A stretch of 64,000 nt of DNA from the IMG/VR virus record IMGVR_UViG_3300025713_000650, positions 83,640 to 147,639 of that record, one strand, 5' to 3'. The notes beneath the pieces are model-generated. The model worked only from the letters and a program-made list of their open reading frames with translations, searched no databases and had not been told where the DNA came from. The translations under genes and the position numbers were made by a program. How positions within the stretch are numbered: position 1 is the first letter of the stretch; every line of letters starts with the position of its first letter. The stretch is from a virus (lineage: Duplodnaviria > Caudoviricetes). This document shows, in pieces, positions 31,127-41,139 of this stretch.

Positions 31127-31341
31127 CTATTTTCTTCCTCTAAAATTATTTCCATTTTACCTGTAGTATCGTGTTTACTTCTAAATCTATCTTCTCTAAA
31201 TGATCCATTTTCATTTACAAAATCACATACAAATTCATTAGTTCGATTTGGGTTTGCACCTTGACATATAAAAGTACCTTTATTATGAGGACATATATTA
31301 CTATAAGGACATACTTCATTCTTTTTTAAAATCAATGACAT
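31123..31341 (-). CDS. Small Cys-rich hypothetical protein
   Basis: CPYSNICPH..C..C; AGGAG SD. Confidence 0.6.
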   Translation of the reverse strand: MSLILKKNEVCPYSNICPHNKGTFICQGANPNRTNEFVCDFVNENGSFREDRFRSKHDTTGKMEIILEEENR

Positions 31342-31369
31342 ATTTTTTCTCCTTATTTAAAAAATTATT

Positions 31370-31768
31370 CTATTTTCTTTCTTTCAATTTTTTAGCTGGA
31401 TTACCTGCCCATATTTCATATTCACCCATCGGATTCTTTGTCAAGACAGCACCAGCGGCAATTACACAACCTTTTGGTATGTTGGTCACACTTTCTAAAA
31501 CAATACTATTTGCTCCAAAATAGACATCATCACCTATAACTAATGAAGATATTTTTACACCTCTTTCTTTTGTTTGATGTAAAATAGTTTTACTTTTATC
31601 AATATAATGTGAATGAGTGTAAATTCTACAACCAGAACTAAAGATAACAAAATCACCAATTATTATATCACCACTATTATCAATAATAACACTTTTATCC
31701 TCAATTCCAGAACAATCTTTACCTATAGATATTTTCTGTTTTCTTTTTCCATGAGGGTATCTAATCAT
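31370..31768 (-). CDS. Left-handed beta-helix acyltransferase (sugar O-acetyltransferase-like)
   Basis: IGDFVIFS, THSH, IGDDVYFGANSIVL, AAGAVLTK, WAGNPAK. Confidence 0.85.
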   Translation of the reverse strand: MIRYPHGKRKQKISIGKDCSGIEDKSVIIDNSGDIIIGDFVIFSSGCRIYTHSHYIDKSKTILHQTKERGVKISSLVIGDDVYFGANSIVLESVTNIPKGCVIAAGAVLTKNPMGEYEIWAGNPAKKLKERK

Positions 31769-31775
31769 TTAAATT

Positions 31776-33602
31776 TTAACCTTCTTTAGTCATTAAAAAT
31801 TTTAAATTTCCACAATCAAAAATTCTTGTGTAACCTTCTTTTAATCTCAAAATATGTTCAGGTATTTCTTTTGGATCATCTTTAGTTTTTCTAAGATTAA
31901 ATCGGTGAATTCTTTCAAAATTTTTAATATACCAATAATTAACTTTTGTTTTATGTGATAATTTAAAATTTAATTTAAAGTAAACATCTCCATTACTCCA
32001 TCGTCTATCAGCATAAGAAAATATTTCTTTCCATTCAAAATTCTTTTTAAAATATGATAATAATTTACTAGTTATACCAGTAATTATACAATTTGTTTTA
32101 GTACAAAAACGATTTAATTCCCATATATCATCTATTTTACTTGATCCTTTTGAAATATTTCCATGAGAAAATGTCATAACTGCAATTAACTCATTATCGT
32201 AAAAAGCTCCTAATTTAACTTTACAAATATCTCTTCCCTGAATGTGATATTTTTCTAAAAAATCATTTTTCTCTTTTGTTGAGATTTCTTTAATTATACA
32301 TTTTCTAGCATGTATTCTTGCACTATTTTTTTGTAAGATATGGCATAATCTATTTTTAACAATTTCTTTTTTAAAAATCCATTCGTCTTCAAAAATAGTA
32401 ATCAATCTAATATTTTTTTCTAAACATTTTTCTAATTTATCTAAATGGTAATTCTTTTCTAAAAATTGTTCACTATGCCAATATATACCACAATATTCAA
32501 TAGCAATATTTTTTTCTGGAATATAAATATCTAATTCTTTTGGGGAAATAATTTCTCTAGTATTACGAATTGTTGCAAAACCTAATTGATTAATGAAATT
32601 ATTTATTTCTTCTTCTGCTTTAGATTTTCCATTATTTCTAGGATAACAATCGGGACATGTATAACCTTGTTGAATAGCATTCCAATTTGTTATAAATTTT
32701 TTACCACATTTTTTACATTGCCATTGATGATTATAATGAGCATTAATATATTCGCTATCTAATAATATTAAATTTAATTCATTTAAAATAATATTTATTT
32801 TATTGATAAATTCATCGTAAAATTTTTTCATTCCTTTTCTTTTAATTTCAATATTTTGATAAGGACACTCTACACCATATTTTAATAATAAAGTATTTTT
32901 TTGTTTCTTCTTAATTTCTTTATTTTTAGAAATATTTTCAACACCATATTTTTCTAAATTTGTTTTTCTAATTTTTTCTTTAATAGATTCACTTGCAAAT
33001 GGATTTATAACTCCAAATTTATCTATACATGTTTGTTTGAATTTATCTTTAATAATATCAGATTGTAAAGGATTAATAACTCCATATTTTTTTATCATCG
33101 TTTCATTTTTCTTTTTTAAAATTTCAGGATTTTGCATACAATACGAAACATTATTATTTCTAAGAGATGTCTCAATTTTCTTTTTCTTAATTTCTTCAGA
33201 CTGACTTACATTATCTACATTATACTTTTTTCTAATAGAATCTTTAATTTTTTCTTTAACATCTTCAGATTGAAATACATACTCTGTTCCATATTTTTTT
33301 AAATTAGTTTTCTTTGTTTTTTGTTTAGCAATTTCACTTTTTGATGGACAATCCACTCCATATCTTTTTAATAATGTTTGTTTCTTTTTTTCTTGAACTG
33401 ATTTTAATGAATTTGTACTTTCAACCCCATAACGATTAAGACAAGTTTGTTTTCTTTTATTAACAACATAATCGCTACATAATTTAGCATCTGGAAAATC
33501 TTTTTTTAAATCTTCAAAATTTTTTCCGTGTTTTTTTAAATGAATCAAAGTTATCTGTTTAAATTTTTGATTACAATATGGACATATAACAAAATTATCC
33601 AT
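31776..33602 (-). CDS. Free-standing homing endonuclease-like protein (KYGV repeats, zinc ribbon, Vsr/PD-(D/E)XK domain)
   Basis: About 8 K(Y/F)GVx(N/C) repeats, CKKC..CPDC, ELDIYIPEKNIAIEYCGIYWH, C-terminal WELNRFC/SYADRRWS/RIFDCG domain. Confidence 0.75.
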   Translation of the reverse strand: MDNFVICPYCNQKFKQITLIHLKKHGKNFEDLKKDFPDAKLCSDYVVNKRKQTCLNRYGVESTNSLKSVQEKKKQTLLKRYGVDCPSKSEIAKQKTKKTNLKKYGTEYVFQSEDVKEKIKDSIRKKYNVDNVSQSEEIKKKKIETSLRNNNVSYCMQNPEILKKKNETMIKKYGVINPLQSDIIKDKFKQTCIDKFGVINPFASESIKEKIRKTNLEKYGVENISKNKEIKKKQKNTLLLKYGVECPYQNIEIKRKGMKKFYDEFINKINIILNELNLILLDSEYINAHYNHQWQCKKCGKKFITNWNAIQQGYTCPDCYPRNNGKSKAEEEINNFINQLGFATIRNTREIISPKELDIYIPEKNIAIEYCGIYWHSEQFLEKNYHLDKLEKCLEKNIRLITIFEDEWIFKKEIVKNRLCHILQKNSARIHARKCIIKEISTKEKNDFLEKYHIQGRDICKVKLGAFYDNELIAVMTFSHGNISKGSSKIDDIWELNRFCTKTNCIITGITSKLLSYFKKNFEWKEIFSYADRRWSNGDVYFKLNFKLSHKTKVNYWYIKNFERIHRFNLRKTKDDPKEIPEHILRLKEGYTRIFDCGNLKFLMTKEG

Positions 33603-33604
33603 TT

Positions 33605-36600
33605 TTAACCTTCTTTTTTTATTTGACAGCTCATTGTTCCATCTAAATTTCTTTCACAAACTGTACATTTTACATCATCTTCTGACATATCATCTGTCGT
33701 TTCTTTTTCATTTTCTAATAAATAATTTCTAACTTCTTCATCCGTTAATGAATTATAGACTTGTCCTTCTCTTGATTCGTCAACATATACAGTTGCACCT
33801 TTTAAATCTCGTAAAAACTCTACTAATAATTTACTTAATTCTTTAGCTTTTATACCTTTCGGTAAATTAATTGTTTTTGAAACAGCACCATCAATATATT
33901 TTTGAATAATAGATTGTGTTTCAAAATGATCTCTTGGAGATAAATCTCTCATATCAACAAACCAATCAGGTATAGAATTTCCTGTCAATAATAATTCCTT
34001 ATATTTTGGATGAACATAAATCCTTTCACCAACACGATCATTTCTTTTATATGCTTTAAAAATCAATGGTTCAATACCACTTGTTACACCGGGTAACAAT
34101 GACGTTGTTCCAGTTGGAGCGGCAGTTAAAATTGTGCAATTTCTGATTCCTTTTTCTTTTATTTCTAAACGCAATGAAGCTGGTAGCTTTCGTACAAAAG
34201 AAGAATTACCATAAGGAACAGATTCAAATTTAGGAAATGTTCCTTTTTCAACAGCAAGTTCAACAGATGCTTGATATGCCGTATCTCTAATAAATCTCAT
34301 GAGTTTTTCAATTTCAGATAATGCTTCTTTTGAACCATATCTTATTTGCTTTGCAAATAGATAATCTGCAAGACCCATAATACCTAAGCCAATTCTTCTT
34401 GAATTATGAGATTTAATATCATTTTCTTGCAATGCATATCTATTTACATCAAGAACATTATCTAAAAATCTAACTGCTAATTTAATAGTTTTTTCTAATT
34501 TTTGCCAATTTGTATTTGTTGTTCCTGTGATAAAATTAGGAAGGACTAATGAACCCAAACAACACGATTCACCATTTGCAAGAGGGATTTCACCGCAATT
34601 ACAAGAAAGAATATAATTTCCTTGTCTCTTATTTTCATTAATTGTTTTAGAAGATGTGAAAATATAGAAATTATGATTATCTTCTACTGTTCCATTATAA
34701 ACATCTTCAAATCCATCATCTTGGATAGAAATAATCTTATAATTTAAATATTCATTTTCAACATATTGTTGAATTTCTCCAAAAGAAGAAAAATGATTCT
34801 CATCAGGATCTTTCATGATATTGAAAGATACATTATTTTCTCTGCATTCTCTAGTTAATTCAGATAAAAATGGATCTCTATTTAATTTATCTTTCAACTC
34901 AATATAAACTCTAGCTATCCTTTCTTTATTACCATTTAAAATATTCTTATAATAATTTTTATGAACAGTTTTCGCTTTATTTGATTTGTTATAACATGTT
35001 ACACCACAGAATGATTTTTCTCGATTATTCCATTTTGTTTTAAAATCTTTACCACAATGTTCACAAATTTTTATAACATAAATTGAATTATTCTCAAAAA
35101 TTACATTAAGATCCGTTGATTTTTTGATTTCTAAAAATTTCTTATAAACATTAACTTGATAATAATTTTCAAATTTTATAATATTGTTTAATCTTGAAAT
35201 TATTTCGCTAAGAAATTCTTTAATTGTTTTATTTCCATAACAAAAACTAGATGAAGTTGGATACCCTTTTTCTTTACAATAATCAATCCATTCTTTAACA
35301 GTAATTTCTCTCTTTTTGCTAATAATAAAATCAGTAGCTATTTGTTTAAGTTCTTCCTCATCATAACCTGACCAATTACCATTTTTATTACCGGATATGG
35401 ATTTACTCATATTTTCAGAATATATTCTTTTACGTTCTTCACTAATTTTATTCCACCATTTATTTCTCATTACATTATTATCACCTTTTTGGTGATGAGA
35501 TGTATGGTCTCCATGCCCCATTACTTTTAAATTATCTAATGAATTATTCTGATTATTTCCATCAATATGATGAACACTCTCGTTATTTTCTAACTTTCTA
35601 CCTAGTAAAAATTCTGAAATAATTCTATGTTCAAAACAATAACCTTTCTTATTTGGATAACCATTATATATTGAAATTGGTAATGTTAATCCATTTTTAC
35701 TAACAAAATTTTTAACCATATGATGAATTCTGTCACCTACTTTAATTTTTCTTGCTTCAATTTCAAAACCATCTTTCATAATAATTTTATGATTCTCTGT
35801 ACATCTAAATATTGAACCATCATTTAATTCAATTTTTAAAATTTTGGCATTTCTTTTTGTTAATCTTGGATTTCTCATCATTTTAACATCAACTTCTTTT
35901 GTAACTGAATTAAATGAGAAAACAGGAACATCTTTTCCTTCTTCAGCTAATTGTTTAATCGGAATGTTTCCTCTTCCATCAGCCACAGCAATTAAAGTAT
36001 CACCTGTAACACAAGGATTGGTTGATACAACAGGATCAAAATAATATGAATTATTCTTAAATAGATTTGTTGAATTTAAAAGACCCGGTTCTGCTTTCTT
36101 AATCATATTCTCTATAATAAGATTCCATATTTCTCTTGCTTGAATTTTTCCATATTCTTTATTTTTAAATTTAAAAGTCCATTGAGAATCTAATTCAACT
36201 GCTTTTAGAAAATCTTCATTTATCAAAACACTAATATTAAAATGTGATAGTCTTCCATCTTTTAATTTTGCATTAATAAAATCAATAATTTCAGGATGAG
36301 AAACATCAACACAACCTAAAGCAGCGGCTCTTCTTTGTCCACCAGATTCAATTGTTTTTGATACAGAATCGGCTGCTTCTATAAAAGAAACAAGTCCTGA
36401 ACTCTGTCCACCCTTTCCTAAAATTTCATCACCTTTTGGTCTTAATGGTGAAAAATTACAACCAACACCACCACCTTCGGACCATAGAATAAGAGCATCT
36501 TTTAGAAATTGTCCTATTTCTTCAATACTATCACCTATTTTTAAAACAAAACAATTTAACATACTTCCTTTAGGTCTTCCTGCATTTCTTATAATTCTTC

Positions 36601-36787
36601 CACCAGGTATAAAATCCATATTATAAATAATTTCAAAAAATTTATCTCTAAATGTCTTATCTTTTTCAATAGATGCAACAGATAAAGCTACTCTTCTAGC
36701 ACATGCTTCCCAATCTTCTCCATTGTGAAAATATCTTGCCTTTGCTACTTTAAAGGCATTTTCAGAAAGTTGTATTTTTTTGCTCAT
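33605..36787 (-). CDS. nrdJ: Class II (B12-dependent) ribonucleotide reductase, intein-containing
   Basis: PGGR, NCFV, GGGVG, TNPC|GEI split by intein, CCLGS, RRIGLG, APTGT; no NrdB nearby. Confidence 0.85.
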   Translation of the reverse strand: MSKKIQLSENAFKVAKARYFHNGEDWEACARRVALSVASIEKDKTFRDKFFEIIYNMDFIPGGRIIRNAGRPKGSMLNCFVLKIGDSIEEIGQFLKDALILWSEGGGVGCNFSPLRPKGDEILGKGGQSSGLVSFIEAADSVSKTIESGGQRRAAALGCVDVSHPEIIDFINAKLKDGRLSHFNISVLINEDFLKAVELDSQWTFKFKNKEYGKIQAREIWNLIIENMIKKAEPGLLNSTNLFKNNSYYFDPVVSTNPCVTGDTLIAVADGRGNIPIKQLAEEGKDVPVFSFNSVTKEVDVKMMRNPRLTKRNAKILKIELNDGSIFRCTENHKIIMKDGFEIEARKIKVGDRIHHMVKNFVSKNGLTLPISIYNGYPNKKGYCFEHRIISEFLLGRKLENNESVHHIDGNNQNNSLDNLKVMGHGDHTSHHQKGDNNVMRNKWWNKISEERKRIYSENMSKSISGNKNGNWSGYDEEELKQIATDFIISKKREITVKEWIDYCKEKGYPTSSSFCYGNKTIKEFLSEIISRLNNIIKFENYYQVNVYKKFLEIKKSTDLNVIFENNSIYVIKICEHCGKDFKTKWNNREKSFCGVTCYNKSNKAKTVHKNYYKNILNGNKERIARVYIELKDKLNRDPFLSELTRECRENNVSFNIMKDPDENHFSSFGEIQQYVENEYLNYKIISIQDDGFEDVYNGTVEDNHNFYIFTSSKTINENKRQGNYILSCNCGEIPLANGESCCLGSLVLPNFITGTTNTNWQKLEKTIKLAVRFLDNVLDVNRYALQENDIKSHNSRRIGLGIMGLADYLFAKQIRYGSKEALSEIEKLMRFIRDTAYQASVELAVEKGTFPKFESVPYGNSSFVRKLPASLRLEIKEKGIRNCTILTAAPTGTTSLLPGVTSGIEPLIFKAYKRNDRVGERIYVHPKYKELLLTGNSIPDWFVDMRDLSPRDHFETQSIIQKYIDGAVSKTINLPKGIKAKELSKLLVEFLRDLKGATVYVDESREGQVYNSLTDEEVRNYLLENEKETTDDMSEDDVKCTVCERNLDGTMSCQIKKEG
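34598..36013 (-). mobile_element. Intein (472 aa) with HNH endonuclease
   Basis: Starts CVTGDT after NP; block B CTENHK; block F DVYNGTVEDNHNF; ends SCN before Cys+1; HRII..VHHIDGNNQNN..DNL. Confidence 0.9.
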
Positions 36788-36910
36788 AATATTTTAAAAA
36801 TTCTCCTTTTATATTCTTTTATGTTTAATTTATTAAAATAAATTTAAAAAAATCTATCCAAACACACGTAGTTACCCCCCTTACATTAAAAATTTTTTAA
36901 GTTTTAAAAA

Positions 36911-37230
36911 TTAAGATTTTTTAATTTTTTGTAGGTAAATTATTTTTTTTAATTTATCAATATTCCCACTTTTCAATAAAGAAAATACTATTTTGAAAAA
37001 AGAAATTAAATTTTTTGAAGCTGTATCAATTCTATCTTTTATAGGTTGAGAGGAAGTCCATTTAGTCCATTCTTTCATTTTTTCATCACATTCTGATTCT
37101 GAAAGACCTTTACATAATTGTTGATAAATATATTTTTTATTTTTCTTAAAGCTGATAAAAATTCTTTTTTATAACCATATTTAATAGGATATTTATCAGC
37201 TTCAATTTCCATCCATTTTACACTATTATT
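36911..37230 (-). pseudogene. Truncated, frameshifted third copy of the M48-like peptidase
   Basis: Translates WMEIEADKYPIKYGYKKEFLSAL / frameshift / YIYQQLCKGLSESECDEKMKE..IKDRID..KSGNI, matching the C-termini of both upstream paralogs. Confidence 0.85.
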
Positions 37231-37249
37231 AAAAATTATCCTTTTTAAA

Positions 37250-38152
37250 TTAAAATTTAAAATAACCTTTATAGTTCCTTTGCATTTTCTTCTGCATTTT
37301 CTTCAACTTTATAATCTTTTTAATCATATTTTTTAGTTTGTTAATATTACCAGATTTAATAAGACTTAGCGAAACATTAAAAAACATAGATAATGATTTC
37401 CCAACATCTCTAATTCTTTCTTTAATTGGTGGGTGTTCATCAAAATAAAAAGTTTCTTCTACGTATCTATCACATTGTCTTTCGGTCATAGTTTCATCAC
37501 ATAATTCTTCATACATAATTTTTTTAATTTTTGTAAGAGCTGATAAAAATTCCTTTTTATAACCATATTTAACAGGATATTGATCAGCTTCTCTTTCAGT
37601 AAATCGTAATGATCTACTAGTCAAATCAGAACCCAAACCCGCTAATGTCATCAGATAATAAAAAAGTGAAAGAATAGTTTCACCCATTTTTAAATTACCA
37701 TGACATATTTTCATGTTTATAAGAATTGACCATATTACAGATGTAATCGTTGAAGAAGCACAATATCTTTTCATACTTATGGAACCATGATTTTCTTTAC
37801 AATGTCCATATTCATGAAGTAAAATTGCAATAATTTCACCTTCATTAAATTTATTTAGTTCCAACCCAGAAAAATAATAAACTTCTAAATTATTTTCTTT
37901 TGCCATTGTAAATGCATTAACTTCCTCATTCTTTACCCTCCAAACTATAATATCTTCACCAACTATTGAACTAAGTTTTTTTTCAAGATATTTATCTCGT
38001 TTTTTATTTAAGTTTTTTAAATAAATTTTATTCATAAATGGAGACATAACCATTAAAAACAATTCAAAAAAAACTGGTGAAAAAATTTTAACAATTTGTA
38101 AAGTTTGTAAACTTTCAGTTATAACAGTATTTTTTTTATTTGACTTTTCCAT
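37250..38152 (-). CDS. Membrane zinc metallopeptidase, M48/HtpX-like
   Basis: VNAFT, IIAILLHEYGH, hydrophobic helices, EREAD, HPPIKERI. Confidence 0.82.
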   Translation of the reverse strand: MEKSNKKNTVITESLQTLQIVKIFSPVFFELFLMVMSPFMNKIYLKNLNKKRDKYLEKKLSSIVGEDIIVWRVKNEEVNAFTMAKENNLEVYYFSGLELNKFNEGEIIAILLHEYGHCKENHGSISMKRYCASSTITSVIWSILINMKICHGNLKMGETILSLFYYLMTLAGLGSDLTSRSLRFTEREADQYPVKYGYKKEFLSALTKIKKIMYEELCDETMTERQCDRYVEETFYFDEHPPIKERIRDVGKSLSMFFNVSLSLIKSGNINKLKNMIKKIIKLKKMQKKMQRNYKGYFKF

Positions 38153-38180
38153 TTTATTAAAACTTCCCCCAAATAATTTT

Positions 38181-39446
38181 TTATTTTTTTAAATTTTTTT
38201 GTAATTTAACAATACCTTTTAAGAAATTAATACCACCAAGAATATTTCCTGTTTTAACAAAAGATAAAGTTAAATTAAAAATCTTTGTTAAAGATTTAGA
38301 AATAGTATCAATTCTATCTTTTAAGGAAGGATGAATATCCCAGTAAAACATTTCTTCCATTTTCTTATCACATTCACTTTCACTAATACCCTTACAAACC
38401 TCTTTATAAACATATTTTTTCATTTTTATAAGAGCTGATAAAAACTCTTTTTTATAACCATATTTAACAGGATATTGATCAGCATCTGATTCGGTCCATC
38501 TTAATGATCTATTAGTTTTACCCTTTGCATATCCTCCAAAAAATAAAAAATTTGCAAGAAGTGAATATATCATTAATAATGGATTTTCAGTAAAATGAGC
38601 TATTGGTGCATTATAAATAATACCAGAAACTATTGCCATTAACATAGAATTTATAAATAATTTTCTATTTGTTATAAGACCATGATTTTCTTTACAATGT
38701 CCAAATTCATGTAATAGAATTGCAATAATCTCTTTATCTGTAAGATTAATCATCTTTTTCAAACCGGTATAATAATAAAAAGTATAATCATCTTTTTTTG
38801 CAAGAGTAAATGCATTAACATCATTTTTATATACTTTATAAATAATAACTTCCTCACCTGTAATTTCTGAAAGTTTATTTGAAAATTTCTTATCATATTC
38901 TTTATCAAGGTTATCTATAAATTTTTTTGTAAACATATGCCTTAATGTAAAAATCAATAATTCTAATAAAATTGGACTAATAGCACCAACAGCTGTTAAA
39001 ATTTTACCTTCATTTAAATTTTCTTGTTTTTCATTTAATTGTTTAATATCTTTTGCCTTAAAAAATCCATATACTTTCTTTTTATAATTTCTTTTCTTAT
39101 CATAAGTTCCAACATTTATAAAATGATATTTACCTTTTAAAATTTTTCCTTTAAAATCAACAATAATATGAGAATTTCTATATTTTACAATTTCACAATC
39201 ACCACCATCAATTTTCTTTATTATACCTGCACCATATTCACCTTCTGGTATTTTACCTGTATATAATGCAGTTTCTCTAGAATGATCATTTGTTCTCGGA
39301 ATATAAATTCTTTTATTCGGTTGTGTTGGAGGCATTTCATTTAAACTGAAGCTTGCCCATAATTTGGAATTAGGAATCTCAAATCTTAAATCATAATGAA
39401 CTCCTCTTTTTTTAGCTTCGTGTCGAACTAATATAAATTCTGACAT
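38181..39446 (-). CDS. Fusion: LigD 3'-phosphoesterase-like domain plus M48/HtpX-like peptidase
   Basis: N-term RHEA..HYDLRFE..TNDH..GKIPEGEYGAG; C-term VNAFT, HEFGH, ESDAD, HPSLKDRI. Confidence 0.8.
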   Translation of the reverse strand: MSEFILVRHEAKKRGVHYDLRFEIPNSKLWASFSLNEMPPTQPNKRIYIPRTNDHSRETALYTGKIPEGEYGAGIIKKIDGGDCEIVKYRNSHIIVDFKGKILKGKYHFINVGTYDKKRNYKKKVYGFFKAKDIKQLNEKQENLNEGKILTAVGAISPILLELLIFTLRHMFTKKFIDNLDKEYDKKFSNKLSEITGEEVIIYKVYKNDVNAFTLAKKDDYTFYYYTGLKKMINLTDKEIIAILLHEFGHCKENHGLITNRKLFINSMLMAIVSGIIYNAPIAHFTENPLLMIYSLLANFLFFGGYAKGKTNRSLRWTESDADQYPVKYGYKKEFLSALIKMKKYVYKEVCKGISESECDKKMEEMFYWDIHPSLKDRIDTISKSLTKIFNLTLSFVKTGNILGGINFLKGIVKLQKNLKK

Positions 39447-39473
39447 AATCTTTTTTTAACTCCCTAAAAATTT

Positions 39474-40790
39474 TTAATCATATGCAACAATCAAACGAAC
39501 CATTTCTTTCCAAAAATCAGGATTTGCAACCCTAGCATCAATTGAATTTTTAAATGATCTAAAATCTAATTCAATTTCTTTTTTCTTAGATAAATCAATA
39601 ATATAATTATAAACTTCCATTTTTAAATTTAATGGAACATCTGGTTGAATAAATTTTAACATTTTTTGAATAGATTCTGACATTTCTTTTTGAGAAAATT
39701 TTACTTCAATTGCTGGTGCTCTACTTAATAAAGCTCTATTTATTTTTTCTTTTGGAATATTTGTAATAATAATTATTTTTCCAGTATGTTCAAACTTTTC
39801 AGGTGTTGAAGAAGCTACTTGTGCATCTGAACTCATTAATTTTTCTCTTGAAATTGATAAGATTCTACGATCATATGAATCAGTTATTGCTTTTAACATA
39901 TTGATTGTATCTTCATTGTTCAGTGGTGTATCAAAATCATCTAAAATTAAAATTTTGTCTTTATTTTTATATAACAAATCATAAATTGCAGCTATGCTTA
40001 ATCCACCACCTTTTATAATATTATAATCTCTTATGGGTTTTAAATTTTTGAAGTGTAAAACTCTTCTTAAGATATATGTTTTAGATGTTCCTGGAGGACC
40101 ACAAATAATTGCAGCTGGTGTCTTACCTTCGATAACTCTTATAATAAAATGTTGTAGTTTTGAATAAATATTAAAAGCTGGTTCATCTTGTTTTTGACCT
40201 TTAAATAAATTTTGATTTATTTCTTCTTCTAATTTAGAGGCTTTATATGCTTCGATTTGATTCCTAATTACTTTTATATAAAAAGATATTAAAATAAATA
40301 ATGCCATAATAGTGGCTATTCCTGAAGAAATTGTTACAAACTTCAAGAAAAACATTTCCCATTTTAAACTTTTTGTTTTAGATGAATCATATGAATCATT
40401 TTCATTCAAATATGATAAATATTTTTCTATTGTAGAGTTATTCTCTTTTATTTTTTTGAATTTTTGATTAGTGAATTTTATAGCAATTGCTGATCTAGAA
40501 ATAAATTGTAATAATTTATCTTCAGGTAATCCTGGTTTTAATTCTATAACAGCACATCTTGATTGATCTTTATTAAAAATATCAATACTGTTTAAATCTT
40601 TAAAAGATTTACTTTTTGAAGTAAAACGAATACATAAAGGAATTTTTGAAAATCTTTTATTAAAAATATAATATCTAATACCATAAACTTTATCACCAGA
40701 TTTTGTTTGTAATTGTTCAATTCCTGGAACTTTATTTATTTTATCTATATTTTTTATTGAATGTTTATTCAAATTTTTTAAAACATTCAT
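39474..40790 (-). CDS. AAA-type ATPase with a predicted transmembrane helix
   Basis: Hydrophobic FVTISSGIATIMALFILISFYI, GPPGTSKT, ILILDDFD, IIITN, ALLSR. Confidence 0.75.
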   Translation of the reverse strand: MNVLKNLNKHSIKNIDKINKVPGIEQLQTKSGDKVYGIRYYIFNKRFSKIPLCIRFTSKSKSFKDLNSIDIFNKDQSRCAVIELKPGLPEDKLLQFISRSAIAIKFTNQKFKKIKENNSTIEKYLSYLNENDSYDSSKTKSLKWEMFFLKFVTISSGIATIMALFILISFYIKVIRNQIEAYKASKLEEEINQNLFKGQKQDEPAFNIYSKLQHFIIRVIEGKTPAAIICGPPGTSKTYILRRVLHFKNLKPIRDYNIIKGGGLSIAAIYDLLYKNKDKILILDDFDTPLNNEDTINMLKAITDSYDRRILSISREKLMSSDAQVASSTPEKFEHTGKIIIITNIPKEKINRALLSRAPAIEVKFSQKEMSESIQKMLKFIQPDVPLNLKMEVYNYIIDLSKKKEIELDFRSFKNSIDARVANPDFWKEMVRLIVAYD

Positions 40791-40803
40791 TTATTAAAAA
40801 CTC

Positions 40804-41139
40804 CTATAAAAATTTTTTAAGTAATTTTTGTTTCATTTCTTTTTCTAGTTTTATTATTAATTCTTTCATTAACATTTTTGTCATTTCAATACATTTTTTA
40901 TTATTTTTACACTGTTTAGAACTATTTCTTAAAAATCTTATTCCTTCCTTTAAACCTTGTATTTTAGCTCTAGTTATACAATTTGAATATCTAATTTTGG
41001 ATTTTGACGTTTTATCAATGATCATTTTTTGATAACACTTGTTTATTCTTACTTCAGTTTCTTTTTGAATTTTGGATATAGTGTTATTAAATATCTTTTT
41101 ATATTTATCTTGAAAATTATCTAATTGTTTTTGATTCAT
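40804..41139 (-). CDS. Basic Cys-containing hypothetical protein
   Basis: ORF in operon. Confidence 0.55.
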   Translation of the reverse strand: MNQKQLDNFQDKYKKIFNNTISKIQKETEVRINKCYQKMIIDKTSKSKIRYSNCITRAKIQGLKEGIRFLRNSSKQCKNNKKCIEMTKMLMKELIIKLEKEMKQKLLKKFL

